Origin: Phoronis australis
Lineage: Eukaryota; Animalia; Phoronida
NCBI GenBank assembly: GCA_002633005.1
Contig: NMRA01000398.1
Location: forward strand, 8,010 to 72,009
Length of the DNA: 64,000 nt
Direction of reading: 5' to 3'
The translations under genes and the position numbers were made by a program. Under the pieces are notes generated by a model, which was given only the letters and a program-made list of their open reading frames with translations, was not told the origin of the DNA and did not search any database. Below, piece after piece: positions 26,201 to 39,700 of this stretch. The first letter of the stretch is position 1. Every line of letters begins with the position of its first letter.

Positions 26201-28023
26201 TACAGTAACAATGATTTGAATAATGTATTTGCATGTCTAAATAAAGATTCCCCTAACATGTGACCATAGCATATAAAATCGAGTTACTGTTTCACAACAG
26301 CTTTCTGTCAGCAAACACTGAATTAGCATGCGCTCACACGGCCTCGGTGCCCGGTCAATTACCTTTATTGCATCTAAAGCCGGCAAAGCAGTGGTTATTC
26401 ATTGCTGGCTTCTCAAAACATTTACACTCACAAATACTCCAAAGGCATTACAAATTGTATCTAAAGAGACGGGTTTTGTTTCAGTTTTATATAAGCATTG
26501 GTTAGGGTGAGAATAATTCATTTTGAAACACAACACAGAATAATAAACGACTAGGTGTCAACTCGCCCGGCGCCAATCCCGACTTAGTCGAGATCTCATC
26601 CGACGAAGACTTCACAGATCGGATCGTTAGGTTTCACAAGTTTTCAGTTCGAACCGAAATACACTGAGAAATTCTAGAGAGGCGCCGTGAACAATCACAG
26701 GCAACGGAGGGTATGGATAGTTCTTTGGTAAGCTGGAATTCGTCGGAGAAATCACTGTCGACGAAATGCCTGCCACAGACACGGAGATGTTTCACGACCT
26801 CATATTTGCTATTAACAGAGTACTTTTCATTCTTCACTACCGCGAGCCATTTCCTAAGCATTTCGAACTTTCGAGGAAGTCGAAAAAACGATATGCCAGC
26901 TTTCTTCGCAGATTCAAAGTTCGGACAAACGGGAAGGATGCACCGCAATATAGCGGCATTCACTCTGCAGATGAACCACTGACGTCGCTGCGTCGTTTCT
27001 CACCTTCCTCACCGGTTAACGCGACACCTCTCGGCAAGGTGAGCTCGACCGTATAGGTGGCGATGTGGATATAGACCGATTAAGACGGTAAGGAAGACTA
27101 ATTAAATCGGGTGGCATTCTCCTTTAAGGTACAGTATTGCCAGCTTAAACTAGCAAAATGACCGCCACTGAAGTGCTTGACTGGCGACGTTGAAATTACG
27201 AATTATTTTAGAAAATACACGGTTTCGGAAATCGCTCATGTTATGGAACATACCGTTTGGTATTAGAATTACACCTTTAGATCCCTTCCTTGACGCCAAA
27301 CTTGCGAAAAAACTAGAAGAGCAGTCACTCGTTGAGAAATTTGGCACTCGCCACACCTTGACGAATACACGTAAACAAGGGTTGGCCACTAAACAAGAAC
27401 GTGAGGGGAGGGGTCAAAGTCCTCGTAGTTTTTAAGTTTAAAATAAATTACTCTATGGCACATTATCGTACATGTTACGTGTTTTTAGTCTACAGACAAT
27501 ATTTTTTAAATCGAACACGCGCTTTTTAATGTGCATGCTTGCAGGTAGCACACTGGGGATGCAGTAAATTGGTTGGTCTTGTCATACGAGTATAAGAGTT
27601 CTCAGTTGGGACAATTATTTTGTTTTGATTCTCTTCTTGAAATAGCACAAAGTCAGAAAGAATATTTTCTATAATGGATTAAAACCCTAGGAGCCACGAA
27701 GTAAGCTCTTAATTATGAGTGCCAGACCAGCGACAGCTTATTCATAACTTGGGTTAATTTTAGTAAATACATTTGACAGGTTTGAACTGATAACGCTACA
27801 TTTTCATGAAATTCTGAATGTTCAAATCGGTCTACACGATTAAAATGTCGTACGCCTTTGAGGCTGAAGGCATGAAACCCCGCTTGAGCCACTACTGGTT
27901 AGAATTTCGAAATAGCGCCCCGGAAGTAGAACTTCCCCGCTTTATTTTCGACACACTCATTTCTAAAAAATAAATCTCAATTCAGAAGAAGCGACCTTCA
28001 CTCACCCACTTTTCGCCTGGCAT
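20243..28023 (-). CDS. small EF-hand calcium-binding protein, paralog B (147 aa, 4 coding exons)
   Basis: Exons 28006-28023 (MPGEKW, gtgagt), 25028-25138, 21606-21700 and 20243-20462. GT-AG introns in phases 0,0,2. EF loops are DVDRSGGISVDE, DSKRDGKISYDE and DGDGDGKFDRQE; the fourth hand is degenerate. No signal peptide. Confidence 0.9.
20775..20840 (-). mobile_element. tRNA-derived SINE head (Pol III A and B boxes)
   Basis: Minus strand cagtgTGGCCTAGTGG...aaGTTCGAATCCcac. No complete cloverleaf. A more decayed plus-strand head lies at about 20615-20665. Confidence 0.6.
25207..25375 (+). mobile_element. approximately 170-bp MITE with internal 12-bp tandem (TAGGTCCTAGCG)
   Basis: Imperfect TIRs gcctcccgttcagtag / ctactgaacgcacgcc. 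Two further copies at 54486-54633 and 54681-54819. Confidence 0.8.
25466..27123 (-). mobile_element. non-autonomous Kolobok-like DNA transposon, copy 1 (1658 bp)
   Basis: TTAA at 25462-25465 and 27124-27127 flank the TIR AGGAGAATGCCAC...GTGGCATTCTCCT. TTAA TSD, RR..YY termini and an internal THAP domain fit the Kolobok superfamily. Located in an intron of EF-hand paralog B. Confidence 0.88.
26634..26963 (-). pseudogene. THAP domain ORF inside Kolobok-like copy 1 (start codon lost)
   Basis: RCILPVCPN...GISFFRLP...KW...RVCGRHFVDSDF is a C2CH THAP signature. The position of the ATG seen in copy 2 reads ATA here. Confidence 0.8.
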
Positions 28024-30028
28024 TGTGTTGATATGCAGATAACGTTTCAACGATGAATCTGAAAACAGACCACGAAAAATGAGAGCTCTTGCAGGCAGCA
28101 AGTAGACCGGCGGCCCACAGCGCATAGCGTATATCAAGGAAGTACCATTATCTGACCACAGATTTTCAATCTATACTAAATAATTGCAATCCCACCTTCT
28201 TCTATGTGATTCTGATATACATGTACAAAAGCTGGATTACCTCAGAGTCAAAACGTAAAGGTTTAGTACAGCGAAAAAATCTTCCCACCGTGGTATGTAT
28301 TTTCTAGTATACGAACCAGATTAATCCCTTGAGGAAAGTTGCTAATGTGTTATCAACTGCACCTACCTACTTACAGATGCTGGTACAGTAATGTCGAGCG
28401 ATGTATATGGCGGCGTATACTTATACACAAATCACGCGCACCTAGTGCTAAAGTACTGTTCCTAACGTATGGGGGACGTACCGCCATAAAACAAACGAAG
28501 TACTTCCACGGTCATTACCTAATTATAACGACGTTCTTAGAATATCTGATTCCAAATCATGTCAATTTGCAACACTACGCAAGCGACAGCAGGGTGAAAT
28601 TAAAAACGTACATGTATACAACGCAATACCCACAAAACTAGTATCTGAATACACGTGAATTTAAATCCAACCTTAGCTCACACATACGTCAAATATACCC
28701 GAGCATGAACGGGTGGCATCTCAACTATGTGATCAAAGCAACATTCAACTAAATCACTTTCTTCAATCTGTCGCCGAATGGATATTGTTTTTTTAAGGAT
28801 TGACGAGGGCTACAAAGCATTATTTTGTAGTAGAAAGCTGAATGAGTCGTTTTCATTGAATATCTGTTAAAATGTCAAAACCGTGTTTAGCATCCTTTTT
28901 AAATCTTTTAAAAAATATGTAAAATTCACTCTAGAGATTCTGATCTTGAAATTTGAACGTGCTCAGTTACCATACTGTTGTAGAAGTGAAAAATTTTAAC
29001 AGCAATTTGTGTACAGGATTAGACAAATATACAATCATCTGGGAAAATGGTCATAAATTCGAAGAAATTCACATTATGAGTACAAAATACTTGTTCAATA
29101 TGCAAATATGAACCAAATAGTATTTATGGAACCATAAACGGCCTCACTCGCTTATACTTTGCTTCTTTTTAACTTTCTGTAACAACGACGAATGAAGCCG
29201 TCTGCCATCGTTTTCTCACAGATTTTGACCAAATGACGTCATATGATACCTAGTAGTCACCAGTGCACGCTGCATGAAACAATCCCTAATGGGGACTCAA
29301 CTATGGTCCCTGAGTCTTTTGCTTGTTTGTGTCCTTCTTTACCCACAGATGTAATAATTTTCGCTCATTTTATCGTTATTGTGAGCTCCTCTCTGAATAA
29401 TGACATTTTCTAATAACGTAACTAAAATCTGAGCCCTAAATTGATTATCCTTAAAATAGGAGCGTTGTATGAAAATATCTCTAATTTTTTCAATATTGAG
29501 AATTCAATGTATAAAAACCAAAATTGACTTAGTAATGAAACTAAAACAGTATAAGACTGGACATTCGGTGTTTTCACTAGTCCACAAGCATGCATTGCAT
29601 TTAGGGAACTTACCCGAGTCCCTATGAGGGACTGTTTTATGCAACCAGGCACCGAATACCAGCGAATGTTCCAAGTGAATGTCTTAGTTTACGAGTTTGA
29701 TGCTACGTTAAACATGCAAATGGCGGACTGACACGCCAATAGTAGAACGTCGAATATTCGAGTGAAAAAGTTCATTTGAAGGGCTTGATTTGCGATCAGT
29801 TGTATACGTCGTATTATTGTTGCAGACAAATGTTCTCGTGTAATCGCAATTTCGACATATGCGGGTTAATATTTGATGTGCAAGTCGAGTGCGATATGTA
29901 TTCCACTAAATTTTTCACTTTCAATGTACAGACTTTCAAGCTTTTTAAGGGTTAGTTGGCCGAGCAGATAAACTCTGAATTTAAAACCTGGGATTGTTTT
30001 GGTATATTAACTTTTTAACAATCAGCAC

Positions 30029-30162
30029 TATAAAACGTCACTTCAAACGAATAATAAACAACGTGTGTTGGTGACGCAATTGCTTTGTTGTTGCTTGAAC
30101 TCGAACAAGGAGTTTATTATAGACGGACAAGTTTCAGGACTCATTTCAACAGTAAGGTAAGT
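30029..30162 (+). promoter_or_regulatory. candidate TATA box and non-coding first exon of the kinase-like gene
   Basis: TATAAAA at 30029-30035, TGACGCAA (CRE/C-EBP-like) at about 30072 and a strong donor AAG/gtaagt after 30156. No ATG in between. Confidence 0.5.
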
Positions 30163-30703
30163 CTCGGATATTACCGGCTAACCATTTTTCATAACTAAAT
30201 GTAAACTAGATTTAATGAAAGTTTATTATACAACATACATGTACAGGGCAACAGAGTAAGGAAAGCAGTGAAGTATAGCAACCAAATTTTGGGACATAAC
30301 TTTTTCGATTGCCATGCAAACACAATATAGTAGGTTGTTCACGGAGAGATTTTTGGAAATGAACGGTGAATTAATGCGGCAAAATCTATACAGCCAAAAT
30401 ACTGAGCTGTCAAAACCTACACTTTATATTTCTGTCTTATAACTACGTTGATATACAAATAGCTGTTTGTTGTCACCATTCACTCGCATGATCGCCATTC
30501 ACTTGATCTGTCAGTTGATTTCTTTGAAAATTGTCTTTAGTGTTCAGAGTGGATGAGGAAGTATTTTTGTGTTGGGAAGCTCAGTCTAGTAGTAAGAAGG
30601 TTCTGTTTTTACAATACACTACACATCTTACAAACCAATTGCATTATCACTGACCTGCTATTCAATACCAAAACCATTTACAAAAAAAATTAGAAAATAA
30701 ATC

Positions 30704-33700
30704 ATGGTACTAATTGCAGGAAACGAATACGTGACCTGTGAAAACCTAGAAGTATACGGTTCAATGGAAACAAACGGATCAAAGTCTGCCTCGGACTTGA
30801 GAGGCCAAATTCGTGATTGGTGTCTGAGAACTTTAGGAACCAGCCGAGGAAAGAAACAGACGGAAAAGATAAATTCACACTCGTCTATTCAGGAAAAGTC
30901 CAGCACAAGTAACTCAAAAAATGGTAACGAAAAAACAGTGAAGACCATTCAGTCGTTCCGAGCACCTAAAGTTGAAGATTTGAGAAAACCGGTTTTACAC
31001 ACGCGCGAAAGGAAAAATCTTAACTTAATCGGATGCAAGTCGCAAAGCGCTTACATAAAAGATCCATCTCGGTTTGAGTAAGTTATGTTAATTTATTTGC
31101 AGCTGAAATACATTCGTGCACATGTTAGCCCCACTGGCGAACGTGTTTTTAGTAGAAAAAAATTGCCATCGTCTTCTTTTCTAGAAAAATCTACACTCTG
31201 CAGATGTATTTGTTGGAAACGTCTGAGCAAAACGCAATATTGGCAAAACGCGTTATCGCTGCCTTTGCGGTCCAATAACCCTTTTTCAGTATCTCTTAGG
31301 TTTCATTGAGCCATAACAGCCAGGTTTTGGGGATGGTTTGATTTACGTCCTCGTTGACACAGCCGATGATTAGTAAACTTGTAGCCAACTCAATATTGGG
31401 ATTAACTTCTCAGTTGAACCAAAGTCGATCACCGGCACTTCCGAAACAAAAAAAACGTAATATTTCTGTATTTAAAGGTCATAAATCCACGATCGAGTGC
31501 CATTTTGACATTTCATTAATATTTCAAAAAGCATACTAAACCCTGCGTTGAGGACTTCAAGAAATTCTCGTTCCATCCGTTGCTAATGCACCATTGAGGT
31601 CTCACTTGAGTAACGAAAACAAGATTCAACTAAAGACAATTCATCCCAGCTTATACGATTGTGTTTACACCCGAGTGTATACATGTATTTGCATTGCCAT
31701 TAACGCAAATATACCCCGGTGTCGATCTACACTCTGGAGTAGAGATCGTGTAAACGTAAATTTACACAAGTGTAAATATACACCTGGCACCTGTGAACGC
31801 TATTATATTTACGCACTGGAGTAAAAGTAAGACCATTCCACCAAAAATTACATGTATTTTTGATCTCATCTCTTCTAAGAGGAAGGAAGCAAACTCCCCT
31901 TTAAAATCTGTTGTCATGTGTGGTTTGGTACGGTTCTTCACTGCTACGGCTGCTGCTGGCCGAAATTTTCTCGGTTTTTATGTCAGGGTCTTACTGGATA
32001 TGCACCATCACTAAGAGATGCAATAGGAATACCAATAACTTCGCCACGACAAGTCAGCTCCTCAGTATCGTTGCTAACTTCAAACGTTGAAATTCAAAAA
32101 GCCAGCACAGTATGAACTCTACTACGTCAACCCATCTCGTGTTTACATCAGTAATAGCAAACCAAACTTTAATCAAATGATGAAAAAAAAAACCAAACAA
32201 TATTTCATTGACATATGAATTTCAACGAAATCAGCACTAGACTGCAGCTGGAGGACTTTTCATATTAGCGCTTTCTAGAATACAGCACGAATGTGACCTA
32301 CACTTGACCTCTACTGAGACTTGGTGGACAAAAACTTAATAATGTTATTATTACTTAGGGATTCATTAAATTAAAATCAAAGGAATAAATTTCACTGCCA
32401 ACCCCGCCCAGAGTATGGTAAGTTAAAGGAGAATGCCACACCAAAACAACCTATTTTTATGGACTTAGATCGAGTAGTTCTACTCAATAACAGAAAGTAC
32501 AGTTCTTTTACCTGACACCTGACGGCACACGAAGTTGTTGAAATTAACCAATGACGTCCGAGGTTCGAACGCAATCTGTTAAGCATGTTCACAACACGCT
32601 TACTGGTGTCAGCTTATCGCTTGAATGCATCGTTTTACAAGAATAAATCATCAAAATTCGATGTAAAACCCTTACAAAAACATCGTGTTATTGAGCAAAC
32701 GTGTTGTTTTAATTCGCTGTTACGGATTTATAAGTATTTGAACGTACCGTAGCCTACCAAGTTCGGTACTAAGTATGCCAAATTACCAAGGTCGCTAGTG
32801 GGAGTTTGGGGTCTGTTCGGTGATAAATTCGAATTATTCGTCCGCGAAATACAGACAGGAGAACATAGCTGTGTGTTGTAATTTTAGACTTGGGATCGTT
32901 TTAGTTCTAAAAAAAACAAAACGCTTGTTATCCCGTCCGGTGGCTGGGAACCCAATCAGACCCGTCGCGGCCGGACTGAAGACATCACGAACACAGTTGG
33001 AAACTAAACTTCCAGTCACGAAAAGACTATACTAATGAGCCAAAGAAATAGTGCGCACGCGATTATCTTGGTGAATTAGCTGCGAAACTGCAATTCTATT
33101 TAGTAAATTGTCGGGGCCTGCGAAGTCCACAGAACCGCCAGGGCAAAAGTTGTACAGGAATTCGAATAATGCACATTGAATATCTAAATAAAAATTCCCC
33201 TAACATCTGACCATAGGATATAAAATTGAGTAATTGTTTCACAACAACTTTCTGTCAGCAAACACTGAATTAGCATTGGTTAGGGTGAGAATAATTCAGT
33301 TGAAACTGAACGCACAATAATAAATGTCAACATGACAACTTGCAATCCCGACTTAGACGAGTGCTCATCCGACGAAGACTTCAAAGGTCGATCGTAAGCG
33401 GTTTCACAGACTATCAGTTCAAACCCTAATACACTGATCCAGAAATACTAGAGAGGCGCCGTGAACGTGCGCAGACAACGGAATATATGGATAGCTTCCA
33501 TAACCGTTTGAATGGCTTGTCATGGGGTTAGTGCGCTAACTGCACGGTAATAGAAACAACTGGCGCCTGCGTTTGCTGCCACAAAATTTCGTAACTGAAA
33601 CGCCTTTGTGGAGAAGCGCAGATATGTCTCACGAACCATCCTGATTTGGCACCCCATCTGAACAGAGGTCTGCTTACGACGTTTTTTAGGGATGGGAGAA

Positions 33701-36700
33701 AGAATTGGCGAAAACATCTACACCCAGAGGATCTAGCAGGAGCCTGACAAACGAGTCAGTCATCAAACAGGTTACAGTATATAGCATGCTATGTTCTCCT
33801 GCCTGCCGAACGCAAACACACAACTAGCACATCTAACTTCAGCCTGAGTCTCTTTCTTTGCCCTGGCATGAGCTGTTTAGTAAGCCGTCATTCAATCCTC
33901 AGTGAATTCACTGTCGACAAAATGCCGGCCACAGACAGGAAGAAGTTTCACGGCCTCATTCTTGGTATAAATGGCATACGTTTCTTTTTTCACTACCGCG
34001 AACCACTCCCGAAGCCTTATGGACTCTCGAGGAATTCGAAAAAACGATATACCTGCTTTCCTCACAGCTTCATGATTCGTACAAGCGGGAACGATACATC
34101 ACACCATAGCGGCACACACTCTGCAAAAGAACAGTTGCGTCGTTTTTCACCTCCCTCACAGGTTAACGTGACACCTCTCTGCGAGGTAAGATCGGCCGTA
34201 CACGAGGTGATGTGGATATAGACCGATTAAGACGGTAAAAAGACTAATTAAATCGGGTGTCATTCTCCTTTAAGTTCACTTAATTATTTAAGCGCTTTGA
34301 CACCGGCTGGAATCGAAATTCACCCCCGTTGTTGCGGATTCTTCTTCGCATAGGGAACTGTTTAGAACAAGATGCCCTTGTTCATCCATAGATGTTTCAA
34401 AGGGTTTGCCTTTTTACCTACACCCCAGCGTACAGTCGTTGACATTTGGCGGTATTATGATATCAGGAAAGTAGTTAAAACGCTGCCTATGCTACCCGTC
34501 CGCATTGCATGCAAGCCTGTGTACTAAGGACCTGATCGCCATCTGGGGGGATAGTGAATTTTAAAATGGCGCGGCTATTTCGAAATTCAGCTGTTGGGAA
34601 ATACCTAACTTATCGTTCATCAGTGGCGTCCATTTGGGAATTTTACGCATCATGCATGACTTCTCAACTAATCATCTGTGACTGAGCTATTTTCACGTGT
34701 GCATTGAGGACCGGAAAGCACTTGCCTTTCATGACTCCACCAGGTTACAACAAATGCGATTACCACATCCTGTAAGCATTCATTATGATTTGACCCCAAC
34801 CTCACGGATGGCTTATCTTATTAGTTTGGAATACGTTAGAGGAATACTTTGAAAATGAATAGGCCAGTAGAATGGCGTCTGCCATCCGACAATTTTCAAA
34901 TCACCCTGCGTCTTTGAAATTTTCGTCGTTGTTAGCCAGCACAATGCGGTGTTATTCCCTAGCACCACGTCACGATACTTACTAGACACGGTTCAGTGAT
35001 TTGTGGCAGATCAGTTTCGCCACAAAACTGGTTCTTAAAAACATCTGTCAATTTTCAATCTACTTCATATTTACATCGCCGCTATAAGTTGTGTTTCTAA
35101 CAAATTTGGTCAATCAATCACAGGAATTTGCCGGGAAGTTACAATTTAAGGTTTAAAAAACACATACATGTAAACTCATTGCTCTTGCTTGTTCAGATAC
35201 GACTACGATGAGAAAGGAAAGCCAGTGCTCATAAGAGAATACACAAACTCGTGCGTTTACAGAGGAGGGTATTTGACCGATTATGGCTTTTGGACTGATG
35301 CGTGCATCAAAGTGACCAAACCGGAAATTGGAATGGGTTCGTTACTCGATGAAATTCGTGTTATGCGTTACATTGAACATTCAAAAGTAACGCCATTTGC
35401 ATTCGGCATCATCCCAAACAAAGAGCAAAACCTTCCCTATAACTGGGGTCTTGTGCTACAATTCAGAGACGAAGTGCCGTTGGCTACCCGCCTAACTGAC
35501 GTAAAAAATCGGTTTTCACTGAGGACGTGGCTCGATCTGACGATGGACATAGTCTCGGCTCTTCAAGAGGTAAGTTTCCAATACCGTCATTGCGCCCTGT
35601 TTAACAGGCTTAAAACCGAAAACCGAATAGAAGGGCACACTACAGTTAGAACGAGGCTTTGGCTGCCGGCACACACCCAAGTGGAGACGAGTCCTTATCT
35701 CACGTCCTTATCAAGAGTCTGAAAAAACAAATTTCTTTTGGCGTTACCAACTCAAAAGCACTACCCATGATAACTGAAACTTAATTCGGCTACAGGTTTT
35801 TAATCAGCTAATGCACATCGGGAAAATACCGGCACACAACAACAGGATCAAAAACACCAAATTTGACCGTTATGTTCCCTAATTTACTACTTCCCTGCAA
35901 GTGATAGAAAAAAATCTGACAGCAGATACAGAATTCTCGTTCACTCTAGATTCTAAAAATGTGGTCATAGTACGCCCCTTACTGGCTACTTTTTTCGCAA
36001 TTTGGACCTGTCTGACAGCCACCTGGAATTGCACTCGTTTTCTCAGTCAGCAGGCGACAGGAGTTGAAAGCAAGCGACAACCACCATTTTGCATGGAAAG
36101 TGGGTCACGGCTAAAAAAACTTGGTTTTTCTCATTCAAAAACACAAGCAAATCAATTTCCTGGCATTTTTTCTACAAATTCCTCAAACCTCCCGCAAACT
36201 TGACACACGCCCTGTATTTAAATTCTAGGGACTCGAAAATGCCCCTGTGGCTACAGCCTAACTGTTCAGTGCCACCGAACCGTCCTGGATTACACTGCGA
36301 TTGAACTCTCCTTTGTCCTGGAAATTAGAAAGCGTTTTGGAAACCACGCACATTTTCGTGTTTCTCGTTGATGTGAGGGAGGCGAAGAATTTCAAATCAC
36401 GCATCCACGGATATCTTTCCACTTGATCAAAAATTTTCACTTCGGAGTTGCAGCCCACACCACAACAATAGTACTTCCTTGGAATTGGGACGACGGATAG
36501 AGTAATTGCAACCAAGAAAAACTAGTTAAGAATGAGACACCAACAAATAACATGTGATGCTCCAGTGACAGGAAAACGAGGCAGCAAATGTGCCTGACGG
36601 ATGTTTGCGTCAGTGTGAATAAATACATCGAGTTTCGAGTGTCACTGTGTAATCCGGGACGGCCTTTTAAAACCTGTTACCCTCGTGAAATCGAAACCAT

Positions 36701-39700
36701 AATATTCCTGACCATGACACGAATCAATTTTCGTCAACAACAAGAACAACAAAACAACCAGAGACCCAGGAAAACGCTAGAGATTTTATTGGGGTTGACC
36801 TACTCTGAAATTGCGAGTCCAAAGGTTAACCCTGCACGTACGCAACGCACCGCCTGTGACAAGAGTTGGTAACGTGAATGGAATTCCATCACGACAAGGA
36901 ATATTAAAACACTGATTTCACGTGACTAACAGATCCAAATCGTTTATCGAATTTTAGATAACTGAACTCACGAAACGCAGTTTTAGGCAATTGCCAAAAT
37001 ACTACGTGTGCTGCACACATGCGTTAAAATGCTTAAAATAGGCCTGTACTACATGTTTCAGCAATTTAATATGAATTTTGAAAGTATAAAGGTTGGTTAC
37101 TGACATCCACATATTCCTAAATAGTGCACAGTATTTTTCTTTTTTACTTTGAAAAGTAAAAATGTATTAGTTCCGTAAAGCCCCACTACAAGCGCTGTTT
37201 TTCGTGACGTCACTGAGGCAGTACAGCACAAAGAGATATAGGTCATCAGCCGTGCGAGTACGTAGTCCAGTCGAAAGATTACCATGTTCATACTCACAAC
37301 ATTTTTCGTTTTTCTTTCCTGTGACTTTGATTCATCCCAGGGCCTAGCCAGCCAGCTAGCTGTATGAAGGCTTTCTTCAAAATACAACTAGGCACCAGTA
37401 GCACTGTGTGTTGATCTCCATTAGACTCCGAAATTTCACATAGCCCGGGTAGTTCTGTTCGTCACCTCGTCGCGAAACTCATATCAACCGGCAGGGGAGC
37501 GTTCAAATATCACCTTGCCCGCTGGAGCCATTTAAGTGAAAAACAATCTAGTAAACGTTATTTTATTTCATAATTCTCCTCACAAATTCTGAAATTGGTG
37601 CCGTATTATTATTATTATTATTATCTTGGGTTGACCTAATTCCAAACAATGAAAATTTGCGTGTCAAAAGTCTTTATACAAGTAAAAAGTGAAGCATTTC
37701 GTCAAAGCTTTGTCGCTTCTCTTGCTCAGAAACATAGCCATGTTCCAAGTTTATTAAATATATAGAGAATCCTACACAAAATCAGGTTTTGACGAAATTT
37801 CCAAGAGGTTTTGCCCAAACAAATAATGAAGCTAGAGTCTAATAAATAGTTTTTGAAGTTGTAATATTAAAACTTAAAAATGTTTATAAATAACAGTCAG
37901 CAAGGCTTCCCCGCGCATGAGCACTGAATTGACCTTAAGACAGCACAGCTAGACAATGCGTGCTTGAGTTGGGGTTCGTATCACTTTGAATGAACAAGGA
38001 TATCGAATTCACCGCCGACGACGGGTCTGTTTAAGAATTTTTTTTGCATGTGCTCGCGTCTAGGAGTACGTACAGTTGCGACACCCGATTTGTCAAAGAC
38101 AAAAACTACCAATAGTTGTGGTATTTCTAATAAGTGTGGTAGATGGACACTGTGTGACTTGTTTCTTTGCTATGTTTTAGTCGTCTCACTAAGTGAAAAC
38201 TGGGCCACGTTCCTTTGAGAAATACATGTACTATGTCTGAGGACAGTACCCCTGCACCAAACAACCGCGGGTTTTCCAAAACAAGGCGAGACAACAAAAT
38301 CTAACAATGTGCGTTTTTGCAAGATAATCTTCCAAATGTTGAATTTACGCTAAGTATGATTTTTCATACCACAATGTCAGCCTCGAATGGCCAATACAAC
38401 CGTTTAATAACCCATTTAGTCACTTAAAGGCGTTGAATAGCATTTTAGCGGGAAACCGAGGTCGGTTTCGAACCCGGTCCGCAATAGTTTCGGGCCGTCG
38501 ACTTTACCACTGCATAAAACAACGGCTGGCGTCATCGAACGTGAAAAAGAATACTTAAATGAGCACGCGCAACAATCGTATGTTCAACAAACGGCATTGC
38601 AGCGACATTTATACGCTACGAAAAATAAGACTATAAATATTCAACAAAAATGACATCTTTAATTCACTAAAATTTATCTCTTATTTTCTCTCACTTGTAA
38701 ATCATCAATCTCCACTTTGAATGCGAGTAACGTGTGGTCGGGATGCTTATACTTGGACATTAAACTCAGTAACCAGTGGTAACCTACTTTAGCAGACGAT
38801 ATTTTCACGGTGGAAGCTTAGCATGATAACATGTGTAGTAAGCTAGAGTAGTTGCGTAAGACAGAAATTATTTTACAGATTCATTTAGTTCTATTTTGTT
38901 TCAATTTTTATTTGGTTTTAACTAAAAACTTTATTTTAACAAGAAAAACTCGGCGTTTCTTGAAAGGTCACGACCTCCGACCTCACGCCCCTGACATAGA
39001 AAGTAGTTGCAAAAGCCAAGGCGAGTCGACAAAGATAGATTTATTCATTGCAATGCATCTCGTTCAGTATGTNTTGCGAAAATTATGGTTAACGCTTATT
39101 AATCGCAGTGCCACGGTATGTTTTCGCAAGAAAAGGTTCCAAACTGGATTTGTATCCAGCGATAGATCTATTTCAAGTTCGTTTACCGACCAATAATCAT
39201 TTTAAGTTACGCATAGCCTGCCGTCCAGCGGACATAAGGAAACAGTGGGTGTGTTTAGCGAGTGTTCACGGAGTGCACACCTTGCGATCAACAGAAAGTT
39301 TAACATCAATTGATACACGAAGATATGATACGTCTTTTTTGTGAAACTTTGCCCACCCCGTACTCTTGCACTTGAATAGAGTCTATATTTTCAAAGCGAG
39401 AATTCATCATTAGCCAAGATTAAAGCCGTTGAAATGAGAGACTTGCAATGGAATTTTGATTAATGTTTTTTGCGTATTAATACTATGTAGACCTTGAGCT
39501 ATCCAGGAATGTTCATGATATTAAAGTTGAAACTGGTCTGCTGGATTACCTTTTTGCGTATTATGATTAACTTAGGGTAGAAAGATTCGTACTAATTGTA
39601 ATTTTGTTCGACTGTCATTTCGCGGCTGTTGTCTAAAATTGATAACAGTGGCGTTATTACCCTTCAAAATGCATCTCCAAAATTGAAAGAGAACCAGTTT

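Noticed and set aside
36215-36829. Possible TTAA-flanked element with ggactcg/cgagtcc ends; similar weak case at 48351-49088
   Set aside because: The terminal repeats are too degenerate to support boundaries.
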